Below, one piece after another: positions 48,801 through 60,493 of a stretch of 64,000 bases of DNA. The DNA comes from Perkinsus chesapeaki ATCC PRA-425. Its lineage: Eukaryota; Protista; Perkinsozoa. The notes beneath the pieces are model-generated. The model saw only the letters and a list, made by a program, of their open reading frames with translations, ran no database searches and was not told where the DNA came from. Location of the stretch: assembly GCA_013115145.1 (NCBI GenBank), contig JAAPAO010000006.1:132223-196222 (forward strand), written 5' to 3'. Positions within the stretch are counted from its first letter, which is position 1. Each line of letters begins with the position of its first letter. Position numbers and translations under genes: made by a program.

Positions 48801-51414
48801 CTATTCCACTTGGTTCTTACGCCCGCATAATGGTCCAAACAACTTGTCGAAAAAATTTGGCTTCGAACGATGACCTGAATCAGCGATTTCTTAGTGATCC
48901 ATTAGGATAAAGCATGCAGGGATGCGCAATACGCTGAGGCGAGCAAGGATTACCTCCGTTATGTTGGTTAACGGCATTCCCAGCAACTCTGTCTGTACCC
49001 GACCTATCCCCCCGCCGACCATCAGCGTTCAAATGTGCGGTATCTAAAAAGAGAAGGGCGCTGAAAAGCTGCGACACTCGCTATAAATATAGAAAATTTT
49101 CTCCATCTGTGACTAATGTGAGTAGCCTCCAATCAGCTCCGTCAAATATGTGCAATATGTTATATTGGTGCGAGCATTCTTATATTTGTCATACACGAAC
49201 GTGATTCAACCAGATCCCTCAAACTACCTCCAGCCGAAGCCATTCCAGTTCCGTCCTCCCTGAAGGGAATACGACTGTTGATAAGGACTCCTGTGACTTC
49301 ATATTACCTCAACTGATCTCGTGTTCGAGGCTGTGCTAAACGATGGTCTGAACGCCGCTTATCCGCCTAAAATGATCAATGATTGGCGAACGTATGGCAA
49401 AAGAGGGGAAAAGTGTACGATTCAGAGAGATCAATGCCAAGGGCTGTCACCCGCCGCCTGCATGCTGAAAGAAGCCTGAAGACCCCCACTGACGATTGCG
49501 AAGTGAAATGCCGAACAAAGGATGAGTCAGTTATCGCTTATAGAGTGTTTACTACCATAGAATCCTGATTAATTAGTCTCTGACCATGAGGCATGCTTCG
49601 AGAGCTTCCAGAATAGTTTAACTGAGTCCAATCGAAGATACCATCATTTTGGAAACCTGAACGGCTACTCAAGGAAGGGAGCGACGATGTGCAGTCTACC
49701 TTCTCGCATGAAGAGATCCTTGAACAGCCGTCTAAGATACGCATAATCTGGTCTATCCTCGAACCGTAATGCTCTGCAATAATTCAGGTATGTCGCGAAC
49801 TCTGATGGATATCCTTTTGTTAAAACCTAATAGTGAGAGAAGGCCAATAGTGAAGATGAGTGGAAACAGGTCAACAACGCAACTACTACACTAAGGGCGA
49901 TAGCCGCCAATATAGCCCCCATCGTATACAACACTATTATATAACTAGAGCATATCCTCCGTAGTATTCACAGAACATTGGATTTCGAGATATTTTGAGG
50001 TAAACCAAATATTCTTGTTTTGACGCAAATTAGTTTTGTGACCAGCAGACTCGTTTTTTGGACATGGCGAGAACTACAACTCCCACGTATACCAGCCACG
50101 CGTTTTATTACTTCAACAGGAGTGGACATCTTCTTCTCCATAATCTTATGATATTTCTCTTGCTTCGTATTGGCCTTTATGCCCTGCCAAGGTAGCGATC
50201 CACGATTGAAATACATCAGCACCTGATGAACTCTCCATACCCCATGCCACACAGCTCCATAAACCCGACTCTTACATATCCTATCGCTTCCAGATCATCC
50301 CTTCTCGACTGTTCTATGCCGAGGTGGGCATTGATGCTGGCATATCGGGCGGTTCCCGTCAAATTTTTATTCTCTCTATAGGGGATGTGTTGATGAGTTT
50401 TAGGATCTCGGTACCTGCATTAAGGATAGAGCTCACCCAAGTACACAGCATTAGATACTGAATACATGCGACTGAAGCCCTAGGACAAGCTTAACAATAA
50501 GCGGTATCAAATAAAACAAGTGAATATGAGAGTTCTTGCGGATTTCTATTACGAATGGGCAAAAGACTATGTACTGCCGTGCTCAAATTGATCCTTGTTG
50601 AGCGCTAGTGACTGACTTTCAGAACTCTTAGAACGCTAATACACCGTTTGTTCTCAAGAAGGTCGGAACGGTCCCTCGGACTGATCTACGTTTGACCCAC
50701 TGCCTTGATAGTTAGCTAACGAGCTTACTTCTTAGCGAGACCGAAATCTATTAGATACACTGTGCTCGCTTTCTTCCCTCGTCCGATCAAAAAGTTATCT
50801 GGTTTAATATCACGATGAATGAAGTTCTTCGAATGCAAGTACCTAACCAAAGACGACGATGTTCTGATCCTGAAGGTACCACGCCTCTAGTACTCTATTC
50901 TATGTAACATTTGATCAGCCAGCATTAGAACTGTCTTCAAGCTAAACTTTCGATTGCAAGTGTTAAACAGATCCTCCAGGCTTGGGCCAAGAACATCCAT
51001 AATCAACACATTATACTCTCCCTCGACATCACAGTAATGTACCTGCCAAATGTAGCAGTAATACAATTTCCCTGTTCCCCATTCCCAAGTACATTGGCGA
51101 TTCCCGGACCGCCTTGCAGATGTTTCAACAGTTTCGCTTCATATAATAGTTGTGGATGTTTCGACTTCGCGCTTTCCAATTTCGCGGCGACCTAGCAATA
51201 CACAAATTTGAGTCAGATGATGTCCAGGGAGATACCTCTTCTCCTGTCTGTACATTAACGGCCAGGAAGATCTCGCCGAAGGAACCGCTGCCGAGCTTTC
51301 GGCCTACACGAAACGGAATAGGAAGACCACGCGCCTCCCTACAGTACTACCCAACGCGTAAAGTCCTCCGATGCGGGTTTCGGCCGGTAGCGGAGACTGC
51401 GAAGAGCCACGCAT
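48801..51414 (-). CDS. CK1: Casein kinase 1
   Basis: [73 protein letters not shown]. Confidence 0.95.
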
Positions 51415-51757
51415 GTTTGAGGTTGAACACCAACTGCTGCAAGGGAATACACAGCGGATACTGGCCCATCCTGTCGCATAATACTGCACGCTGAGATTTA
51501 TTCCCGCTAGAACTAGTTAACTTAGATTAGACTAACACCAAGAAATAGATACACCACGACTAGCAACTCACACCCTCTGCAGTCTATGGGAACCCAAGAC
51601 AATTGTACCAACAACATAAGAATGTTAACAGTACTTCATGTTTCTAAAATGCCGGTCGTGGTGCCCGCCCATTATATCGCTTAGGAAGAGGACTGGAGTC
51701 AAGGACTCCCATGGGAGTCCTGATGGCCAAGAGTGCTTTGCCTGAAAGCTTGAGTAG

Positions 51758-53129
51758 TCAAGAATCACTGCTGATTTGACTACTAGCACTCCCTTCAGCG
51801 GGAAGCGTTTTCCTCCTCGGGCGCGGGTTCACTGATGGCGTAAAAATCCTGGCTTCCACAACCGGATGAAACTGTACCTCCGTCGGCTTAGGTGGTACCT
51901 GAGATTTGTATAAGCCACAGCACGACCTCTTACCGCTTACCGGTGTACCAGACCCCTCCGAACCAGTGACAAGTTGCTCCTTCAGTTTCATCTGAACAAC
52001 TTCCCCATCCTTTGACCCGTTTTTTCCTGGTGTCGGCTTCCCCGTGCTATTGGTCTTCCACGCTGCTATGGGGAATATCCGACTGAGAGGAGTCCCCAGC
52101 GAGGGGACGGATTCCTCGGTTGCACGGCGGTCCGACACTCTTGGAGAATTGTGCGGCACCTAACAGCATGCACTTTAAAATCAAGAAGCCGGTCTAAAAG
52201 CACACTAATATGTCACCGGCAATATTGCAAACATCGTTCACTAGTTTACTTAACGCCAATGAGCCATTTTACCTTTGAACATAATTGGCCAAGCAGGAGG
52301 CATCTCATCCGGAAGCTGTCATCGGATACAATAAAAATGCTTTCGACTGGCAACATCACCCCACCAACAAAAAAAATCCACATACCCGAGCGTGGACTGA
52401 CGGTCTCGGTTTAACGTGCAAAGGGCATGGCGTCGTTACTGGACCTTACGTCCGAGAAGGATACGAAGATTAGAGATTTAATTAGCCATATACGAACAGA
52501 TATGTAAGCCGTTCTATGGCATGTCCCGAAATAAAAACTGCGTAATTATCGAATATTGAGCAACATGGATTTGAGAATCGCTCGTTTCAGAATTGTATCC
52601 TCGGCATATAGGCACTAAGTTTTAGTAGGCAGATCTTGCTCGTCTGTAATAGTCTGAAACCAAGGTACACCTCCTTTAACTACCCCTACTACTCGATGGA
52701 TGTCGCTCTCCTGCGAAGGATTCGAAAAGATGAGCGTCAACTTGAGGATGAAAGGATACCACCGCGGAACGATCGCTAATGTTCGAGTGAAACTAATGAA
52801 GTTAACAAATACGACAAAGCACTTCTGAATTCGGGTTACTAGGTACCTCTCCTCGAAACCGCCGCAACTGGCGTTCCCAGTGATCGTTTAGCATTAGTTT
52901 GTCGACTCTGTTTCGCCATATCCTTTCCAAGGATCCAGAATCATCGTGGGATCTCCACCTAGGCAGAACATTGTAAAGGCGGCTCATTTGACCGCTGGAA
53001 CTGCTCATCGGCAAGGTGGAAAGCATCGAAGAGGAGCTCATCCCCGGTAATGTGTGGACCTAGCAAAAATTTAACGCTTAGCCATTACGCATATTCTCTT
53101 CACCTGCTTTTTACAGCGTTTACTTCCAT
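51758..53129 (-). CDS. Hypothetical protein
   Basis: Terminal 133-aa S/P-rich exon after a TTAG acceptor; upstream frame WRSHDDSGSLERIWRNRV... Confidence 0.4.
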
Positions 53130-53328
53130 TTAAGCACACCGGCCGGGGGAAAAGCCTCAACAACGACTTGAGTCGAGAACAATATGGTAACATGTGTCGA
53201 TACAATGGTTATTATCTTAACATAAGCTGATTCATAGGAACCCACCTGCTTTTGTCTCAGATCTCTGGGCGTGCGCTTTTCCCAGATCGGGCGCAAGGTT
53301 GGTGGATTGTTCATCGTTTCTCTCGAGT

Positions 53329-54390
53329 ATGGTGGCACAGGTAGCAGAAAATACTGATGCCCAAAGAAAAGCAGCGGATTCCCGAACGGGATCGGAAGTC
53401 TATCTTCATGTGTAAGTCTCGTATCGATCAAGTAACACTCTAGCAGCTAACACGTCCCTGTTAACTAAAACCACTTCTCAACCGACTGTGAAACTGAATT
53501 CCGAAGACCAATTCTAGATTCAACCATGAGAAGCTTTCAGCAGCTTGCGTGGAACTATTTTTCAGATACGACCTGTCCGAAAACTCTAAATGGCTCGCTG
53601 ACGAGTTCTCCCTGAAGTAAACCTTGCGTATCCAGGATATGCCGAAGCATCGTGATCCTTTAGGGACTATAACTGTGGAGCATTTCATACCGGAGTGGAG
53701 GTCTATGGTATGGAGTACGTTTTCCAGTACTATGCTAATGAGGTAACTTTTCGCTTTTTCCGATATGTACGTATCCTTTTTTCTTCCGTGTCAGCCCGAT
53801 AACGATCAACTCTCGGGTATCAGCGCGCAGATTCCAATGTCAAATACGGCGTATATCTACAGAACGACAGTGAGCTCGGGTTCAGTGGATTTATCATTTC
53901 AACTATTTAATGTGGATGGTTCGTTTTTTCCATTCTCGGCATGTTCCTTGCGTCTTCTCAACTAACCAGTCTTATTTCTCTTCGTAGATTGATATGGGCT
54001 GGACTCACTACAGTAACGATGAAGTGCATCAAATTATCTACCAGGAAATGAAACCTCAATGGATTCACAATACCTATCATATCACGAAGAAAAACTGCGT
54101 AGGTTATTCGTTCCCGAGCCATGACTTCATGATTCGCAAAGGTCCACTTCGCTGAGGCCCTTTGCCAGCGCCTCGGCGTTAAAGACGTGCCCGATTGGGT
54201 ATTCGGAGCAGCGAAGACCGCTGATGAAACGAGAGGTATCTCTGGTTTGGCTGATGCCGCTTGGAGAGCAATTAAGTATTGGAATGCTTCCTACTATGCT
54301 GAGAGCGAGGACAGCACAGATCGTGAAGATGCAGACCCCGAGACCACCACGGTCACGTTTCCTTACCACGAAAAAGCCTCTCGCGGTTAG
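53329..54390 (+). CDS. PPPDE/DeSI desumoylating isopeptidase
   Basis: EVYLHV|YDLS, GAFHTGVEVYG (catalytic His), YHITKKNC|VHFAEAL (catalytic Cys). Confidence 0.88.
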
Positions 54391-54543
54391 TTGCACTAAC
54401 GTGCTTCAAGTTTTGTACACTAAACCTACTGAATTCACCAGCGCAGTGGAGTTTCAGTTTCGTGTTTTTGTTGGGATTTTTTCTCCTTTGACTTCGGGTA
54501 GTGAACCTTTCGTAGTATCATCCTGTTCACCTCTCCTTGAGGA

Positions 54544-56185
54544 ATGATGGACGCCTCTTTCTCTTCGGAGCCAAATAAAAATTCCAAAGTCGTTGTTGAC
54601 GTTGGTAGTGATAATGATGAAAAACTAAGACTCTGCTGGCCACTAATCTTCTACATGGGAGTGGTAATATTCAAGGTTGGCCTCTCCCTGTGGTGAGTGT
54701 TCTCATCAGTGCCATCTCCTGGCTGTTTATTGTGTGATTAATCTCTTCACCAGTGAGACACCTACCATGCTCTGGACCTACCTCTGGGCGGTGAGGTCGT
54801 GGACTTTTATCAGTTTGTTTTATTTCCTATCTTTCAGGTGGTACTATGGTTCATTTCCGGGTTCGGTATTACCGCTGGAGCTCACCGTCTCTGGGCTCAC
54901 CGTTCCTACAAGGCGGGATGGATAATGCGCAGTATACTAATGATCTGTAACAATTCCGTTGCTTGGGTGATGTTTTTATCTTTCTTTTCCAGTCAGCAGC
55001 ATCGCCAACGAGGGTACGGTCTTGAAGTGGGCAAGAGAACACAGGGTAAGAGTGAATTCCAGGTGCTTCATCACAAATAGTTTCATTCACCGCGGATCTC
55101 ATATAGCGAAGAAGCACTGGTGTTTGTCCAGAACGTAACATTGTCAGGTGCATCATTTGTACACTGACACTCCTGCTGATCCTCACAATTCCAAGAGAGG
55201 ATTCTTCTTCTCACATGTTGGTTGGTTGCTGGTAAGCGGCAAAGGAAAATATGGTGCTGATTCTTCGCGAAACTCAGACTCACACACCAAAGAAGGTTGC
55301 CGAACGTGTAGAGAAAGTCGGCGTTCAAGACTTGTTAAATGATAAAATCCTGGCTATTCAAAGCTGTACGAAAGTCGGGTACTATCGGTGAATCTAGCAT
55401 CATGTTCTCAGCTCTGGATCCCTGGTGGAACCTAAGCTGGTGCTTCATCGTAAGTTAAATTCATCTTTTCGAGTGGCAACTTCGTTCATCCTCAGTTTCC
55501 GACTGTCGTCGCCTGCTACTTCTGGGGAGAGAGTGCCAAGAACGCCTTCCTTCTCGCCGGGGTGTTTCGCTACTGCTTTGTGAGAGCATCCGATAGACGG
55601 ATATGTATGTTGCCTACTAGGTGCTGAATGCTACATGGGCGGTCAACTCGGTGGTTCACAGATGGGGGCCTCGGCCTTATGATAAAACGTCTTTGACTAC
55701 GGAGAATCCCTTCGTAAGTTAACCAGTATGACGCATACTGTATGAGTGCTGTTACGTGTCTCCCGCTACTTGTTTTTGAATCGATCCCTCTTAGGTTGCT
55801 TTCTTTGCCCTGGGTGAGGGATGGCATAACTGGCACCATACTTTCGATTGGGACTATGCTACTTCCGAGATGGGAATCTGGCAACAGTACAATCCCACAA
55901 AGGCCTTCATTGATATAATGTAAGTACACCATCCCCAACAGGCAGCTCGTACCAGGAGGCTCAGGTGCCTTCTGGGTCTGGCCTGGGGAAGGAGAAGAGC
56001 CAATCCCATGGGCTGGGATCACATGAAAGAAAGACTGCTACGTAATAGTACGGGTGAACTGGTGCCTGCGCTAAGTGTGTACGCTGGCAGGTAACATGGG
56101 ACCGTCATATAAGATCGTTGAAGTGAAGAGGGGTATCCCTTTTTTCCGTTATAGAGAGACTCTGTATGTGAAGAAGGAGTCTTGA
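54544..56185 (+). CDS. Delta-9 acyl-CoA desaturase (no cytochrome b5 fusion)
   Basis: His boxes HRLWAH, HRVHH, GEGWHNWHH; DPHNSKRGFFFSHVGW. Confidence 0.93.
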
Positions 56186-56456
56186 TGGCTACCGCTGACT
56201 AGTCCTTGAATTTTTGCGTATCGTTGTTGCGGGCGTATGGCCTGCGTCAGCTAGGTTTTAAATACCCTAGTTTTCATTATGAGTCATTCGTGGTCAACGT
56301 CTTGACGGGTTAGACGTTTCCCCTCATTCTTGCTCGATTTGCGTTGTCTGCCCTGCTTGTGAATAGTTGGATGTGTCTGTGTGAAGCTGAGTTGGATCCA
56401 GGAGGGCCATTGCGTATAGCTCCTCCAGCAACGATATCATTGCTTACTGTATTCTG

Positions 56457-56513
56457 AATGTTCATGATCAATTGAATTGATTCATTGCATCAATTCAATT
56501 GATCATGAACATT
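56457..56513. repeat. Perfect 25-bp inverted repeat with 7-nt loop
   Basis: AATGTTCATGATCAATTGAATTGAT-TCATTGC-ATCAATTCAATTGATCATGAACATT. Confidence 0.95.
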
Positions 56514-57034
56514 TGTCCCAATTTAACGATCGTAAAATTGCCGAATTGAATTGTCGCCAATTTTATATTTTTTGTCAACATTTAGAACGCATTACTCTAT
56601 TTGCATGATGCACTCTTGATGAGTTGGCGTTGCCACGAGAGACCCAAATACGCTTTGAATATCGTACGGGAGGTTTCCGGTGGCGTTCGCGTTCGCCACG
56701 TCGATGTGAAAATTATATGTAACAGACTACATGAGCAACGCTAAGCATATCTTGTCAAATGAAGGATAACTGTATCATAACGGCCGTTGTTCGATTATTT
56801 AGTTTCGGTTCTTTAAGATTGCATGAAAGCAGATATTCAATTTGCACGACAGGAGTTTTTCACTTTTGAAAAGTCATTTCAAGTGGATGAAAAATCCTTT
56901 AAAAAGTGAATCTGTTTTCCCGTCATTTTTAAATTGATTAGAAGGAGATTCAACTTAACCGGGAAATGGTGTAGTTTATCCACAACTGGTTTTTTGAGAG
57001 GCTAATGTAGGAGCTTAGTGTCTAGAATATTGCT

Positions 57035-58818
57035 ATGTGGGCCGTTGAATTGAAGTTTAGTCAGTGTTTGTTTACATTAATGAAACTTCGTTCCTGCGTG
57101 ATAACCCCTCCCACTAGCGGCTCTGACACAAGTCACTATACCCCACAGATTATCCCGAGATCGGGTGCTGCACGTCTCGATTGGCTGCGACATGCATTAC
57201 GCCAGAGTCCAGATAGCCAACGCAGAGACTTCGTTTTTGCTCAAGTCACTGAGCCTGGGTTCTGGGAGCCCATAGAGGCACCGCAACTAGGAATAAACGC
57301 AATCAGTAACCACATTGACGTGTTCACTGAAGAGCAGCAGAAGATCCTTCAAGACCGCTCGGAATATCCGTTGCGATTGGCCACAGCGCAAGGAAGAGAG
57401 GCTTCAGTCACCCGGTCAGAGGATAGTCATCCGAGTCGACGACGAAAGGTTCATAGGATTGGTAGTCTGGTAGACTCTGGCGGTTACATTACGGTTGGTT
57501 CGAGCAGACGAGTTGGTACTGGAACTAAGGAAGAACGTTCTAAAGGGAGAGCATTGAAAAGAAAAGTGAGAGAACAACGAAGAAAAACGCAACATGAAGA
57601 CGCCAAAGCGGCGCGTATTGCTGAACTAGGCACTGATGCCGGGGCATCGTCGCCGAAGGTTTCTACACAAACCCAAGCTGCAAACGAGGTTGATGCTAGT
57701 ACTTCTAATAAATCTGGGGAAGTTCCAAGAGCCGGAGAGATATCAGCTGGGAGGGGTTCTCTGAATGGTTTCCACAGTGTGGAAGTGGACTACTCTGTTG
57801 ATTCCCCGGTTATCGCATGTCCCGCCTTGGAGGAGCATACCGATCCCCCTTCGTCGGCTACAAGCAGCCTTGCGGTACCGGAGGACCATGCAGAAGTCCT
57901 GAGGGTACCTCCGAGCAGCAGAAGAACAGAAGGTCGAGTAGAGGACGCGTCGGAAAAAAAGCGGGCAGTTCTTACGAAAAAGTAATACCATTGCCAACGC
58001 TCATTCTCCTGGTACCATTCTTACGCAACTAGTATGACATGGTTTGTTCGGTGGTAGTAATATACGTTTTCTAGGTAAGTTTGATTCCCATTATCCGCGG
58101 CAAATTTCCCTTCGCTAGTTCCACATACTTCCGTCTTAGGCAAGAACTGCTTCAAAAGCAGATCGATCTTCAACGCTTGATTCTTCGACGACGCCGAGAG
58201 AGCTCTCCTCCTGCCCCGGCCGTCCACACAAGGCAGCCACAAGCTATTTCGAAACGAAAGCCTTCTAAAGGTAGCTTGAACACCGTGGTGAGGAAGAGTA
58301 GTGGAATAAGCCCTGAAGAGGCTTTAAGGAGAGTTCGAGAGATGAAGAATAACCGAGATTATTGCGCTGAAAAGGCTCCCGAAGATATGTCCGAGCTAGA
58401 CAAGTTTGAGAAATGTAAAGCCGAGGTCATGGCGAAGAAGCAGAAGGCCGAGGAGGAGTCTATAGAAGCGGCGAAGGATGGTGGATCCCCCACCGGCAGT
58501 TCAGATGTAGTGGACGAAGAGCCGTGGTTTGTGAAGGTCCAGGCATTAGCTCCGAGCAGCCCCACGGCAGCAGAAACAGCACCGCCGCCGGTTGATCGAA
58601 GTACCGAAGAAAGAGAGAAGGCTCTGATCGGGATTGTACTGGAGGAACGGTATAAAGGTTCCAGTGGAAATTCGGATATCTTTGGTGACGCCGAGGAGTC
58701 CGACAAGGAGGACCCTCTCCCTAATCACTCGTCACCGTCTGTTCCTTGTCGATCCGCGGATGATGAATTAGACTTCGATGAGAACGAGTTCCTACGTTTG
58801 GATTACAGCGATAGTTGA
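57035..58818 (+). CDS. Hypothetical charged low-complexity protein
   Basis: 316-aa and 245-aa ORFs separated by about 95 nt (probable intron). Confidence 0.55.
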
Positions 58819-59360
58819 GAGAGCTTTAGAAGTGCATGCTGGTCATATAGAATGGCCGCCTGGTTCGATGTGTAGTATTAAACTCTCGTTTTCGGTTATA
58901 AAATTCTGGTAGCATCTTTGCAACATGTTTGTCGAGTTCAGCAGTGGGTGTTTACTTTATAACGTGCAGCACGTTACGTGCTTGAAGGTTTTGGAATCTC
59001 TGCGATATTGGTAAACATCGTCGGAAAAGCATAGTTGTTTACAACCTGTGGTCACTTACGCAATGTAAACGCTCAAGTTGTAAAGTATACATATTGTTGC
59101 TGTGCTACTATAATGCCAATGTAATATCATAGCCAGTGACTGGAGAACAGAATCATTTTGACAAGCAGCTTTAATTCGACGCACGTATTTCAACAACCTC
59201 CAAGCGCTAACATGTTTCGCTTTCATTCGACTGTCTGTACACAGTATACTCAATTATGACAACACCACGACCAAACTGTTCCCAGTCCCGAAGGAAACGA
59301 GTTACACAGAGCGAGTGGCGTCGGTCCATCCAGATAGCATCATCGCGATTTTCAACTCAT

Positions 59361-60199
59361 TTACTTCTTGGCCTTCTTCTTGCTGGCCTTGGCGGGCTCG
59401 GCAGCGACCTGGACAGTCTTAGCGACTGGCTCAGCGACCTCCTCCACATCGGCGGAAGCCTTGCCGGAGCGCTTCTCCTTCATGGCGCGGGCCTTGGCCT
59501 TACGGGCCTCAGTCTGCTCCTCGAGAAGCTTAGCACGCTCAGTCTCGGCCTTCTTCCTGTGGATGGCCTCAATGAGAACGCGCTTGTTCTTGAAGGTGTT
59601 ACCTGAAAACACAGCAGTTAATTACAAAAAAGCGTCACTGAACTAGTATTACCCTTGGACTTCATGTAGAAGAAGTGGTAGATGTGCTTATCGACCTTGC
59701 CGGCCTCGCGGTACTTCCTCAAGAGACGACGAAGAACGCGCTGACGCCTCATCCAGAGAACCTTGGTGGGCATACGGGCCTCAGCGGTACCCTTACGCTT
59801 GCCAGGGCCAGTGTGACGGCCCTTGCGCTTGGCGAGAAGGTTCTTACGAACGCGAGATCGGGAGTGCATAGCGACCTAAGATGAAATGAATCAACAAACA
59901 GGTATGCAGAGAATGACACTTACAGGCTTCTTCATGATGATGCCATCATCAAGGAGCTTCCTGACTCCCTTACGGGAGTTGGCGGTCGCAACCTCCATGG
60001 TCTCATTGGGGTCAATCCAGATGCGGTTCTTACCGCACTTGGCGACGGAAGCCGCCAAACGGCGTTGAAGTCTTAGCATGGACTGAAGATGACAGCACGA
60101 TACACCGACCAATAGCCCGACCACTTCGACATGTGCGCTAACGACAGTTCGGTTCCACAGCATATCGTCAAGTCCCTGCCTAAGGCCCCTTACTACCAT
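59361..60199 (-). CDS. RPL19: 60S ribosomal protein L19 (eL19)
   Basis: M|[59 protein letters not shown]. Confidence 0.97.
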
Positions 60200-60493
60200 T
60201 TGCTATAAATTCCACTCTGTGTGCACCGCTGCCAGGGCGTTGGAAAGGGCAAACGAATCGGGTTCGTAGCGAACGTGGCGAGCGCGTAATATCGATCATT
60301 ACTGCATGTAGCGCACGCCATCATGATCGAACAGTCTTTTTTTTGGGTCCTTCACGGTATATCCCGCCATTCTTCGGTTATATTATGGATAATGATGTAA
60401 GTCAGTTTGGCCGGATTGTGTTCAGTCTAGTTAATGCGGGTTAAGTGAGGTCTTGTATTAAGCAACTTCTTTTTTCCCGTGGGTATTTATTCC

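Noticed and set aside
10027-56699. TTCGCCAC in three intergenic regions (10027, 40044, 56692) as a promoter motif
   Set aside because: It also occurs in coding sequence; the count is near chance expectation for an 8-mer
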